Below, piece by piece: positions 17,894 through 27,679 of a stretch of 31,961 nucleotides of DNA. Positions within the stretch are counted from its first letter, which is position 1; each line of letters opens with the position of its first letter. The position numbers were made by a program, and so were the translations under genes. Location: the NCBI GenBank assembly GCA_046757665.1, contig JBHHYO010000025.1:1-31961 (forward strand), read 5' to 3'. A model generated the notes under the pieces. That model saw only the letters and a program-made list of their open reading frames with translations. It ran no database searches and had not been told where the DNA came from. The stretch is from Nitrospinales bacterium (GTDB lineage Bacteria; Nitrospinota; Nitrospinia; Nitrospinales; JAJDAT01).

Positions 17894-19420
17894 TTATTTG
17901 GCAAAGCGCGATTCCAGGGCGGCCACGAGCGCTTCAACGGTAAATTGCTCCGGCACGACGTCGACGCGCAACCCCAGGTCTTCGGCGGTCCTGGCGGTGA
18001 TGGGGCCGATGCAAGCGATAATAGCGTCTGCCAGAAGGGAGCGGGTATGTTCATCCATCATTGCTATAAAATTTTTTACGGTTGAGGAGGAGGTGAACGT
18101 GACGGCGTCGATCTCGCGCCGCTCCAGCTTGGCCGCCAAATCGTCGTTCCGGTTTTGAGGCGGCAGGGTTTGGTAGGCGGGAACCACGTCTATGATTGCT
18201 CCCCGGGCGCGCAGATTTTCCGGCAGTGTTTCGCGCGCGACGGCGGCGCGGGGCAGAAGAAAACGTTTGCCCGCAACATTTTTCTCGCCCAGGCTTTCAA
18301 GAAGCGATTCGGCAACAAACTTCTCCGGCACCACGTCGACACGGATGCCCAGGTCGCGCACGGCCTGAGCCGTTTTGGGGCCGATGGCGTAAATCCGGAT
18401 GCCCTTAAGCTCCCGGATATCTTTTGCCTGATGGGTCAGCCTTTGAGTGAAAAATTTGACGCCGTTGACGCTGGTGAAAATAAGGCCGTCGTATTGGGGA
18501 AGTCGGGCAAGCGCTTCGTCCAGAGGCCCCCAGTCATCCGGCGGGACGGTTTGAATCACGGGGCAGGTCAACGGCTCGGCGCCTTTTTCCCGTAGAAGAT
18601 GAATGAAGCTTTCGGATTGATCTTCTGCCCGTGTCACCACGATGGTTTTGCCGAATAACGGCAGAATTTCAAACCAGTCGATATGTTCCTTAAGGCTCAC
18701 CACTTCTCCGACAATGGTCAGGGCGGGAGGCTGGATGTTTTGCTTCCGGGCGGTTTCGACGATGGTATTCAGAGTCCCGGTCCAAGTTTTTTGTCGGGGA
18801 AGGGTTCCCCACTGGATGACGGCGATGGGTGTAGCGAGGTCCTTGCCGTAACGGATGAGGTTTTCCACGATGCGCGGCAGTTTTCGCGCACCCATGAGGA
18901 ACACGAGGGTTCCGGGACGATGGGCGATTTCCTCCCAGTCAATAGGCAGGTCCTCGCGGCTCTTTTCGTTGCTACCGGTGATGATGGAGACGGTGGAGGA
19001 GAAATCGCGGTGAGTCAGGGGGATGCCGGCATAGGCAGAGACCCCGACGGGTGAGGCGACTCCCGGTACAACGACGAACGGGATTCCTGCCTGTTTCAAG
19101 GCCTGCGCTTCCTCGCCGCCTCTGCCAAAAATAAAAGGGTCTCCTCCTTTCAGCCGGACTACGGTTTTGCCCTCACCGGCTTTTTCGATGAGGAGGGAAT
19201 GGATGGCCTCCTGGCTCATGGTGTACACGCCGGCTTTTTTCCCGGCATAGACCAGTTCGGCCTCTTTTTTGGCGAAGCGGATCAAGCGGGTATTGACCAG
19301 ATGGTCGTAAACGATGACGTCGGCCCGCTCGATCCAGTCCTTGCCCTTGAGCGTGAGGAGGCCTTCGTCCCCTGGGCCTGCCCCCACCAGTATGACGGTT
19401 CCTGGTTTCATGCTAATCAT
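17894..19420 (-). CDS. cobA: Bifunctional uroporphyrinogen-III C-methyltransferase / uroporphyrinogen-III synthase (CobA/HemD)
   Basis: LVGAGPGD, VRLKGGDPFIFGRGGEE, GIPLTHR, then HemD motifs VVTRA, FTSVNGV, AIGPKTA and FTSSSTV. Alternative start at 19411. Confidence 0.97.
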   Translation of the reverse strand: MISMKPGTVILVGAGPGDEGLLTLKGKDWIERADVIVYDHLVNTRLIRFAKKEAELVYAGKKAGVYTMSQEAIHSLLIEKAGEGKTVVRLKGGDPFIFGRGGEEAQALKQAGIPFVVVPGVASPVGVSAYAGIPLTHRDFSSTVSIITGSNEKSREDLPIDWEEIAHRPGTLVFLMGARKLPRIVENLIRYGKDLATPIAVIQWGTLPRQKTWTGTLNTIVETARKQNIQPPALTIVGEVVSLKEHIDWFEILPLFGKTIVVTRAEDQSESFIHLLREKGAEPLTCPVIQTVPPDDWGPLDEALARLPQYDGLIFTSVNGVKFFTQRLTHQAKDIRELKGIRIYAIGPKTAQAVRDLGIRVDVVPEKFVAESLLESLGEKNVAGKRFLLPRAAVARETLPENLRARGAIIDVVPAYQTLPPQNRNDDLAAKLERREIDAVTFTSSSTVKNFIAMMDEHTRSLLADAIIACIGPITARTAEDLGLRVDVVPEQFTVEALVAALESRFAK

Positions 19421-19702
19421 TACTGGAGTATAACCGAGCCGATGCCGGCAAGGGTAAAGAAAAGTTTGGGTTGCCGTGATTTCGGGCGATATTGCCGAGT
19501 GAGTCCGTTGGTGTTTTTGGCCAGCCCCTGGTTTGCTTTTTGTCGGAGAAGAAATATCTTTTCCGGAACGTTTTTACCTGTCCGACAGATAGCGGCTGGG
19601 CAACGATCTTGAATTTTTGCGATTTTTTTCGTCTTCCAAAAGCGCATTTAAAGAGGTATAGTCGATAGTATCCAATTAAGAACAAAAAAAGAGATTTGTC
19701 CT

Positions 19703-21289
19703 ATGAAAATAAACCGCTTCATTGTTTCTATTCTTATTGTTTTACTGGTTGGCTCGGCAGGATTTGCCGTTGCCAATGATGCCAAGATCAAGAGACTTGA
19801 ACAGATAGTTAGCGAAAATTCTGAAAATGCCAACGCCCATTATAATTTGGGAAGCGCCTACCGGGAAGCCGGACGATTCCAGGAAGCTATTCAGGAATTT
19901 CAGGAAGCATTGCGGGTCAAGCCGGGTTTCTCGGCGGCGCAAATAGCTCTTGGCGGGGCATATGTGGCCTTGGGCCGTGCTCAGGCCGCGGCCAAGGAGG
20001 CTTTGCGGAATCAACCGGAAATTGTTGTCAAGGATTATCAAAAAGCCGTTGCCAAAAATCCGGACGACATCGAGGCCCACCGGGCGTTAGCAATTGCTTT
20101 CGAAGCGCTCCAGCAATATCAAAAAGCTGTTGATGCGTTGAAAGAAGTCATCCGGCTCAAGCCGGATGACGCTGAGGCTCATTACATGCTGGGAATGGCC
20201 TTGATGAAACTTAAGCGACAAGAAGAAGCCGTGCCGGAATTCAAGGAGGCGTTGCGGATTGATCCGGAAAGCCCCGAAGCCAACATCGGTCTTGGCATGG
20301 CCTACAAGGAACTGGATTGGTTCCGGGCAGCCATCAAGGAGAACTTGCGTCTATCCCCGGAGGGATCGATCCCCGATTTCAAAGAAGCTGTTGACAAACA
20401 TCCCAAGGATATCGAAGCCCGCTTGGCACTCGGGGGAATTTACGTGGAACATCGGTGGAACAAGCAAGCCATCCGGCAATTCAAGGAGATTCTTACAAGC
20501 GATCCGGATAATGCCAAGGCCCATTACAATCTTGGAATTGTTTACAAAGCCTTGAGAGATTACGGTGCGGCCCTGGCGGAATTCCAGGAGGCGGCCCGGT
20601 TGGTGCCCAATGATACGGGGACGCAATATAATATGGGGCTGATGTACAAAAGGCTCGGCAAATACCCGGAGGCCATTGCAAGACTCAAAAAAACGCTGGA
20701 ACTTGAGCCGCAAGACGCCGAAGCGCTTGTTGCCCTGGGCGTCGCCTACAAGCAACAAGCCGTGCTATCCAATCAGGAGGACGCCGACGCCTACTTGGAT
20801 CTGGGCAACCTTTATAGTTTGCTCCGGCGTTACCGCGAAGCCGTTCCAATCTACAAAGAGGCTTTAAAGAGGAATCCGGAACTGGATGAAGCACATTTTG
20901 CGTTGGGATCAGCCTACCGTGCTATCCGACAATATCATGATGCCATCCGGGAATTCAAGGAAACCCTGAGAATCAGGCCGGACTCGTATCGGGCTCATTC
21001 CTTTCTGGGAAGAGTTTATCGTGGGCTGGGACTTTATGAACAGGCCATCGACGAGTTTATTAAGGTGACTCAACTCAAGCCCAACGATGCCGAAGGTTAC
21101 TTTATTCTGGGTGTTATGTACAAGGAACTGGGGCAACATCGGGACGCTGTTTCTCAATTGCGCAAGGCCCTGAGTATTAACCCGAATTATACGGAAGCGC
21201 ATTACAACTTGGGAAAGGCTTACCAGCAACTGGGCTTGATGGATGACGCCGTCAGGGAATTCCAGAAAGCGTTTAATACCATAGAGTAA
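19703..21289 (+). CDS. Exported all-TPR protein (about 14 repeats)
   Basis: N-terminal signal peptide followed by repeated 34-aa units (AHYNLG.AY...G...EA...F..AL...P). Confidence 0.93.
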   Translation: MKINRFIVSILIVLLVGSAGFAVANDAKIKRLEQIVSENSENANAHYNLGSAYREAGRFQEAIQEFQEALRVKPGFSAAQIALGGAYVALGRAQAAAKEALRNQPEIVVKDYQKAVAKNPDDIEAHRALAIAFEALQQYQKAVDALKEVIRLKPDDAEAHYMLGMALMKLKRQEEAVPEFKEALRIDPESPEANIGLGMAYKELDWFRAAIKENLRLSPEGSIPDFKEAVDKHPKDIEARLALGGIYVEHRWNKQAIRQFKEILTSDPDNAKAHYNLGIVYKALRDYGAALAEFQEAARLVPNDTGTQYNMGLMYKRLGKYPEAIARLKKTLELEPQDAEALVALGVAYKQQAVLSNQEDADAYLDLGNLYSLLRRYREAVPIYKEALKRNPELDEAHFALGSAYRAIRQYHDAIREFKETLRIRPDSYRAHSFLGRVYRGLGLYEQAIDEFIKVTQLKPNDAEGYFILGVMYKELGQHRDAVSQLRKALSINPNYTEAHYNLGKAYQQLGLMDDAVREFQKAFNTIE

Positions 21290-21696
21290 ACGCGCTGTCG
21301 TTGATTTGTCATTGGGATTCGGGCGAGTGCGAGGAAACCGGAATGCCTGAAGGCAACAGATGCTGGTGTCGGGCTTGCTTTTGGCGGTGAGTTGGACGCC
21401 ATTCAGGGCGGGGAGTTTTTGTAAATTGTCAAGTCCAGGCCCCGGTCCTTGGTTGTACCCGTGCAGATGTTCAAAGGGAAAGATACGCTCCAGATACTTT
21501 TCAAATCCAACTCCCTTGTTCTCAACCTTGATGCATCAGATCCCTTCCTCGTTGGCGTTTCCCGATATCCGGTTCAAAACCTTGTAATTCGTAGCGCTTA
21601 TTTTCGTAAAAAGTCGGCTATTGGATTTCTTTCGGGCATTATGGATTGAGATGTACTAAACTAAAGTAACCGAAAACCATCTCGGAACCCTACGCC

Positions 21697-24600
21697 ATGG
21701 AAGCGGGAAAAATTGTAGAAAATTTTCTCGACCGAGTACGCAAGAAACAGGCTGTTGTTTTCGCGGTCAATGGATTGTATCTTGTGCTTGCCGTTGTGGT
21801 TTGCGGTTATCTTGTGGGTAACTTCAGCCTTTATTACAACGCCGGTTCCAAGGAATATCTGGTTGCATTTTGCCTTGCGTTGCTTTTTCCGCTGGGATAT
21901 ATCGTTTTCCGCTATCTTGTAAAGGTTATTTCCGGTCTTTCCAAGGAGCAGGTAGCGTTTCTTGTTGAAAAACACCACCCTGAATTAAAAAATTCGCTGA
22001 TCAATTCCTGGCAACTGAAAAAGTATCTATCCGACCCAGATGCCGGAAAGTTCATGTCGGTTTCCTTCATCCGTGAACTGCTGAAGGAGACCAGTGCGCG
22101 CATTGAGGGAATCTCCGTTGACTCTCTGGTCAATCAAAAGGAATTAACCCGTAACCGAAACCTTTTCCTTTCAGCTCTTTTGTTAACGGGAGTTACTTTT
22201 CTGGTTCTGCCCGATTTTTTTGCCCGGGGATATAACAACTTGGTCAATCCTCCGGCACCGGCTCAGCTTCTCCCTGCCGTGGTAGAGGAAACCGCCCAGC
22301 CACCCTCTCCGGCCCAAAACTACGCCGTTAAAAACATACGCTTGAAGCTCAATTATCCGGCCTATACCCGGTTGCCAAGCAAAATTATCAACCAGCCGGC
22401 AGTCCAGGCATTCCCTGGAACAGAGGTTCAGGTTCAAGCAACATCCAACCTGCCTCTGGACGGGGCTGAATTGATTATCCACGGCAAGAATCGGTATGCC
22501 ATGGTGGTGAAAGACGGACGGCAATTGACCGGAACATTTTTGGTGAAGAATCAGGGATTTTATCAATTCGGATTAAAGTCGAACGATGGGACAAAAATCA
22601 CTTTGCCCGAAAAACATCTTATCTCTCTGAAAAAGGATGAATATCCAAAAATCGTTTTATTTCCATCCAATCCCAAACCGGTCTATTACGAAAGCGATAA
22701 CGTCCAGTTTTTCTATGAAGGCCATGACGATTTTGGCATCGGAAAGCTCAACCTGATTGTGGACGTAAACGGTAAAACGACGCCCATGCTCATTCAAAAT
22801 GCCAAGGGTTTGGAAAACGACGTCAAAGGCGGCTATACCTGGAGTCTCAATGAGATGTTGTTTCGGCCCGGGGATGAAGTCCAGTATTACCTGGAAATTT
22901 ATGATAACGACAACATCTCGGGCCCCAAGTCCGGGTTGTCCGAAATCTTTGCCTTTACCATTTTCGATTTCCGCAAAGAGTTGGAAAATCTCATCAACCT
23001 GCAAGACGAATTGATCGACAAGATGATCTCCTTGTTGGCCGAAAGCCTTGTCGGTAATGAGATCATCGCCGCAGGAGCCTTGGCGGACAGAAAAGAACTC
23101 AAGGATTTTCTGGTTTCGGGTACCGATCAGCTGATCGAAATTATTCGACTGGCGCAAAGAATCACGGATCAAGCCGAACTTGTGGAATCATTTCCTGAAG
23201 CTTACCGAACGTTTTTCCAAAACATTATTTCCGGGTTGAATGCTATCAGGCAGGAACAGATTAACATGTTGCAAAACCTGGGTTCCTCAATGCCGGAAAC
23301 CGCTCCGGTCGGGTACAATTTCCCTCCCGTCAAACTTGTGAATGAAAAACTGGTTGGTCATCTCGAACGAGATATCCTGTTTCTTGTCAAGATTTCCAAC
23401 CGGCAGAAAATTGGCCAGGTAATGGATATGGGAATGCAGTTGTCGGAACTTACCCAATCGTTGCGTGATGAATTTGAAAGGATCAAAGACAAAAAGGCGC
23501 CCTTGAACGACATCAAATTGAAACAGAAGATTCAGAAAATCCAGCAAATCCTGAAAAAAATGATGAAACAACTGGCGCGTCAAACCCGGGGCCTGCCGGA
23601 TGAATTCATCAACAGCAAGGCCTTTGAGTCGCTGGATCTGAACAAATTCAACAAGTCCCTGGATGAGATTATGAAAAAGGTCAAACAAGGGCAGATAGAC
23701 AACGCCATCAGCGTGTTGGAGGAACTTGCCAAGGACTTGAACACGCTGGCGCGCCAGATGGAGCAGGTGGCCTCGCAAATGGAGGACCTGGTGGAGCCGC
23801 AACTCATGGAACAAATTGACAAGGCTATTCAACACCTCCTCGAATTGGAGAAAGAACAAAAAAACATATTGGAGGATACGACAAAAATTCATCAGTCTCT
23901 TCGGGCCGCGCAATTTAAAAAATTTGAAAACACGCTCAAGGATTTTTTTGCCGGCCTCAAGAAAGACGTCAACGACATACAGGCAATCCTTCGCGGCACC
24001 ACCCAATTTCTTGACGACAACCAGGACATGAAAAAATTCGAGAATCTGTTGGACCGGGAAAACCGGTTGCGTCTGAAAATTCAAGAACTGAGACAGGAGG
24101 TCGCGGACGCCACTCTCAAACCGGAACTGAGGGACAGGTTTGAGGAACTGAAGGAGGCCCGGAACAAGCTGGCGGAGTTGAACGCCGAAAAAGATTTCCT
24201 GCGCTTGAAAACTTATGACGATTTTAAAACCTACCTTCCCGAATTTTTAGGAAAATATAACGCTCTCGAAGAGCTTGCCCAATTGTTTGATCTCAATGAG
24301 TTCAACTCCCTGTATAAGAATACGTATCCCGACACGTTCCGCTGGCAACACAATCTGCGGTCAATTCCCAAGTCCAACCCCGTCCTCTCCGAAAGGCTGA
24401 ATGCTGATTTAAGAAGCGTTCGCAAACTCAATTCCGAAATCTCCAAAAAACTGGGGTCGATGATGGTTGACCTGCGAGAGAAATACAGTGCTCTCATCAG
24501 CGAGGACAACAAAACCGATCTCCGGAAAATGTCGCAAAAACAAAATCAGACCCGTCGGGGAACCGAGGATCTCGGCCAGGAGTTTTCGCAAATGAGCGAT

Positions 24601-25017
24601 TTGAATCCCATGATCAGTTCGGAATTTTCCATGAAAATGTCGAACGCCGGGAAATACATGAAAATGGCGGAAAACGACCTGCGCCAGGCGAATGTTCCTG
24701 AAAGCATCGATTCCGAAAACAACGCTCTGCGGGAGCTTTCCGAAACCCGGGAGATGCTGGATGCCATGAAAAACCTTGGTTCCGGGCAGAGAAAATCCGG
24801 CAAGCAATCACTGGTCAAGCTGGGGTCGGGTAGAGCCCGCGATCCCAGACGCGGGGGCGCCATGCGCATGCAACGAGAAAAAATTCACCTTCCTTCCGAG
24901 GACCAGTATCAGGTGCCCGTGGAATTCCGGGCGGAAATCCTGAAAGCCATGAAACATCGGTACCCCAAAAAATACGAACGCTTCGTGACCGAATATTACA
25001 AGGAACTGGTGAAGTGA
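21697..25017 (+). CDS. Large membrane-anchored coiled-coil protein, DUF4175-like (1106 aa)
   Basis: Three N-terminal TM segments, beta-rich domains (YPAYT, DDFGI, DNDNISGPK), a long helical region and the C-terminal VP.EFR..I...Y...YY.EL motif. Confidence 0.8.
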   Translation: MEAGKIVENFLDRVRKKQAVVFAVNGLYLVLAVVVCGYLVGNFSLYYNAGSKEYLVAFCLALLFPLGYIVFRYLVKVISGLSKEQVAFLVEKHHPELKNSLINSWQLKKYLSDPDAGKFMSVSFIRELLKETSARIEGISVDSLVNQKELTRNRNLFLSALLLTGVTFLVLPDFFARGYNNLVNPPAPAQLLPAVVEETAQPPSPAQNYAVKNIRLKLNYPAYTRLPSKIINQPAVQAFPGTEVQVQATSNLPLDGAELIIHGKNRYAMVVKDGRQLTGTFLVKNQGFYQFGLKSNDGTKITLPEKHLISLKKDEYPKIVLFPSNPKPVYYESDNVQFFYEGHDDFGIGKLNLIVDVNGKTTPMLIQNAKGLENDVKGGYTWSLNEMLFRPGDEVQYYLEIYDNDNISGPKSGLSEIFAFTIFDFRKELENLINLQDELIDKMISLLAESLVGNEIIAAGALADRKELKDFLVSGTDQLIEIIRLAQRITDQAELVESFPEAYRTFFQNIISGLNAIRQEQINMLQNLGSSMPETAPVGYNFPPVKLVNEKLVGHLERDILFLVKISNRQKIGQVMDMGMQLSELTQSLRDEFERIKDKKAPLNDIKLKQKIQKIQQILKKMMKQLARQTRGLPDEFINSKAFESLDLNKFNKSLDEIMKKVKQGQIDNAISVLEELAKDLNTLARQMEQVASQMEDLVEPQLMEQIDKAIQHLLELEKEQKNILEDTTKIHQSLRAAQFKKFENTLKDFFAGLKKDVNDIQAILRGTTQFLDDNQDMKKFENLLDRENRLRLKIQELRQEVADATLKPELRDRFEELKEARNKLAELNAEKDFLRLKTYDDFKTYLPEFLGKYNALEELAQLFDLNEFNSLYKNTYPDTFRWQHNLRSIPKSNPVLSERLNADLRSVRKLNSEISKKLGSMMVDLREKYSALISEDNKTDLRKMSQKQNQTRRGTEDLGQEFSQMSDLNPMISSEFSMKMSNAGKYMKMAENDLRQANVPESIDSENNALRELSETREMLDAMKNLGSGQRKSGKQSLVKLGSGRARDPRRGGAMRMQREKIHLPSEDQYQVPVEFRAEILKAMKHRYPKKYERFVTEYYKELVK

Positions 25018-26561
25018 AGTTTTTCCTGCCTTTCGTGTTCTTCATAACCGTCAGTGTTGCACATGCCGCCACTCCGGACTTGAGTCAAATTCAGCGAGGC
25101 GACACCCTGCTGGAAGAATGGCGGATTGATGAAGCCGAAAAGCTTATTCGATCCTTGTTGAAAAAGTTTCCCAATTCCGGAGACGTTCATTTCCTGAATG
25201 CCCGCCTGGAGTTTTTAAACGGCCGCTACGAGAATGCCTGGAACATCCTGAAGCACATCACCGACCGCCGACGGTACGTGGTTGAGTTCAAGTCCCTGGT
25301 CAACCGTACCCGAAAAGTCACGTCCCATTATGTATCCCAGGAGTCGGCGCACTTTATATTCCGCTATGAGGACGGACCGGATCAAATCCTGGTCCACTAT
25401 GCCCGGGAGGTCCTGGAGCGGTCTTATGAAACGCTTGGAAAAGTCCTGGGATTTTTCCCTAAGGATAAAGTCTTGGTGGAATTTTATCCCGGACGCGAAG
25501 CGTTCTCGCAGATTTCGCCGCTGACCCTGAAGGACATCATGATCTCCGGTACGGTGGCTCTGTGCAAATACAACCGGATCATGATGATTTCCCCCGCCTG
25601 GCTGGTGCGGGGCTACGACTGGATGGACACTCTCAGTCATGAGTATGTGCATTACATCCTGACCCGGAAAAGCCGGAACACGGTCCCGTTGTGGTTTCAT
25701 GAAGGCGTCGCAAAATATTTTGAAACCCGCTGGCGGGGAAAATCCGAATTCCTGAGTCCGATCATGCAAACGGTTCTGGCTCGCGGCCTGGCCAACGATT
25801 ACATGGTTCCCCTGCAAAGCATGATGCCCTCGCTGGCAAAGTTGAAAACCGCCGAGGATGTGCAACTGGCCTATGCGGAAGTCTCCACCATGGTCGAATA
25901 CATGATCTCCCTGAAAGGAGAACAAATCATTCCTCTCCTGGTTGATGACCTCACCCAGGGCCTTTCCATGAAAGACGCGCTGGAACTCCGGCTGGGACGA
26001 AGTTTGATGGTTTTCCAAAACGACTGGAAACAGTTCATGGACAAAAAAGAATTGCGCACGGTCCCCGGAATCAAGGTCCTCAATTACCGGTTCAAAAACC
26101 AGCGATCCGAATCGGAAGAGGATGAAAAGGATTATGACAGCATCGAGTCCCAGGCCGCCCGCAACCTGACCCTGCTGGGTGACATCCTGAAATCGAGGAA
26201 TTACGTGAAAGCGGCCGTCCTTGAATACCGCAAAGCCATCAAACAGTCGAAGACCCTTTCTCCGATTTTGTACAATAAGCTGGCCGGAACCCTCATGGCC
26301 CGCAAGGAGTATAAGGAAGCCGAACCCCTGCTCCACAAAGCCCTGCAATTTTATCCCATGTTTCACACAACCCTGGCCAATCTGGGAGAACTTTATTACG
26401 ACCGCCGACAGTACCCTGAAGCCCAGGACTATTTCGAACGGGCCGTTCGGGTCAATCCGTTCAATCCGTTTATTCACCTGCGATTGATCAACATATACGG
26501 TCTGCTCGACCAACCGGAGAAAAAAGAGTTGCAAGCAAAGTTGTTAAGCTACATCGAATAG
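25014..26561 (+). CDS. Exported TPR / peptidase MA-like (gluzincin) protein
   Basis: Signal peptide, N-terminal TPR-like helices, HEYVH...PLWFHEGVA zinc motif and C-terminal TPRs. GTGA overlap with the upstream stop. Confidence 0.88.
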   Translation: MKFFLPFVFFITVSVAHAATPDLSQIQRGDTLLEEWRIDEAEKLIRSLLKKFPNSGDVHFLNARLEFLNGRYENAWNILKHITDRRRYVVEFKSLVNRTRKVTSHYVSQESAHFIFRYEDGPDQILVHYAREVLERSYETLGKVLGFFPKDKVLVEFYPGREAFSQISPLTLKDIMISGTVALCKYNRIMMISPAWLVRGYDWMDTLSHEYVHYILTRKSRNTVPLWFHEGVAKYFETRWRGKSEFLSPIMQTVLARGLANDYMVPLQSMMPSLAKLKTAEDVQLAYAEVSTMVEYMISLKGEQIIPLLVDDLTQGLSMKDALELRLGRSLMVFQNDWKQFMDKKELRTVPGIKVLNYRFKNQRSESEEDEKDYDSIESQAARNLTLLGDILKSRNYVKAAVLEYRKAIKQSKTLSPILYNKLAGTLMARKEYKEAEPLLHKALQFYPMFHTTLANLGELYYDRRQYPEAQDYFERAVRVNPFNPFIHLRLINIYGLLDQPEKKELQAKLLSYIE

Positions 26562-26649
26562 ATTACAATCCTGAAACGGGCCGCGGGCCGCCGGAACAGG
26601 AATCCCGGTAAAAGATCAATTCAGAAACCGGAAGAGTACGGAGTTTGTC

Positions 26650-27636
26650 ATGGAAGATTTGGAGCTGGCCAAGGAATTTCAAGAAGCCAAACGCAAAATC
26701 GTCGAAGAAATCCGCAAGGTCATCGTTGGCCAGGATGAAGTCATTGAAAACCTGTTGATCGTTTTTTTCTCGCGGGGCCATGGCTTGTTGCTGGGTGTTC
26801 CGGGCCTGGGAAAAACCCTGTTGATCAATTCATTGGCGAAAGTTCTCAACCTCAAGTTCAGCCGCATCCAGTTCACGCCGGATTTAATGCCGTCGGACAT
26901 TACGGGAACGGACATTCTGTACGAAGATCATGCCACCGGACAGCGGGCCTTCAAGTTCATCAAGGGACCGATTTTTGCGAACATCATTCTGGCCGATGAA
27001 ATCAACCGCACTCCGCCGAAGACCCAGGCCGCCCTGCTCCAGGCGATGCAGGAAAAACAAGTGACCGCCGGCAACACCACCTACACCCTGGATCAACCGT
27101 TTCTGGTTTTTGCCACGCAGAATCCCATAGAACACGAGGGCACCTATCCCTTGCCAGAAGCCCAGCTGGACCGGTTCATGTTCAACATAAACGTCAACTA
27201 TCCCAGCAAGGAGGAAGAGGTCAATATCGTATTGTCCACGACATCCGGGTATGAACCCGAATTGGCGGTTGCGCTGAACGCGGAAAAAATCCTGAAGTTT
27301 CAACAGCTCGTGCCGCGGGTCCCGGTCTCGGATCACGTTGCCAACTATGCCGTCAGCCTTGTGCAACATACCCGTCCGCGGAACGGCATCGCCCCCGATT
27401 TTGTCCATGAGTGGCTGAGCTGGGGCGCGGGCCCGCGGGCGTCGCAATACCTCGTCCTTGCCGCCAAGGCAAAGGCCCTGATGGACTGCCGGTTCAGCAT
27501 CACCCCGGACGATATCCGCCACGTGGCCCGGCAGGTCCTGGAACATCGAGTCATTCTCAACTTCAAGGCCGAGGCGGAAAACGTCAGGGCGCTGGAAATC
27601 ATCGACCGACTTTTGGAAATCGTAAAAGAGAAATAA
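26650..27636 (+). CDS. MoxR family AAA+ ATPase
   Basis: GVPGLGKT, RIQFTPDLMPSDITG, LADEINR and ATQNPIEHEGTYPLPEAQLDRF. Confidence 0.97.
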   Translation: MEDLELAKEFQEAKRKIVEEIRKVIVGQDEVIENLLIVFFSRGHGLLLGVPGLGKTLLINSLAKVLNLKFSRIQFTPDLMPSDITGTDILYEDHATGQRAFKFIKGPIFANIILADEINRTPPKTQAALLQAMQEKQVTAGNTTYTLDQPFLVFATQNPIEHEGTYPLPEAQLDRFMFNINVNYPSKEEEVNIVLSTTSGYEPELAVALNAEKILKFQQLVPRVPVSDHVANYAVSLVQHTRPRNGIAPDFVHEWLSWGAGPRASQYLVLAAKAKALMDCRFSITPDDIRHVARQVLEHRVILNFKAEAENVRALEIIDRLLEIVKEK

Positions 27637-27679
27637 CAGCGGGCTCTCTTTTATTGCCGGCGGTCGCGGGCCAAGCCGG

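Noticed and set aside
21300-21640. Minus-strand frame reading through a TGA-TGC (possible Sec-Cys)
   Set aside because: No convincing RBS-supported start before the TGA, no recognisable selenoprotein family and no evident SECIS.
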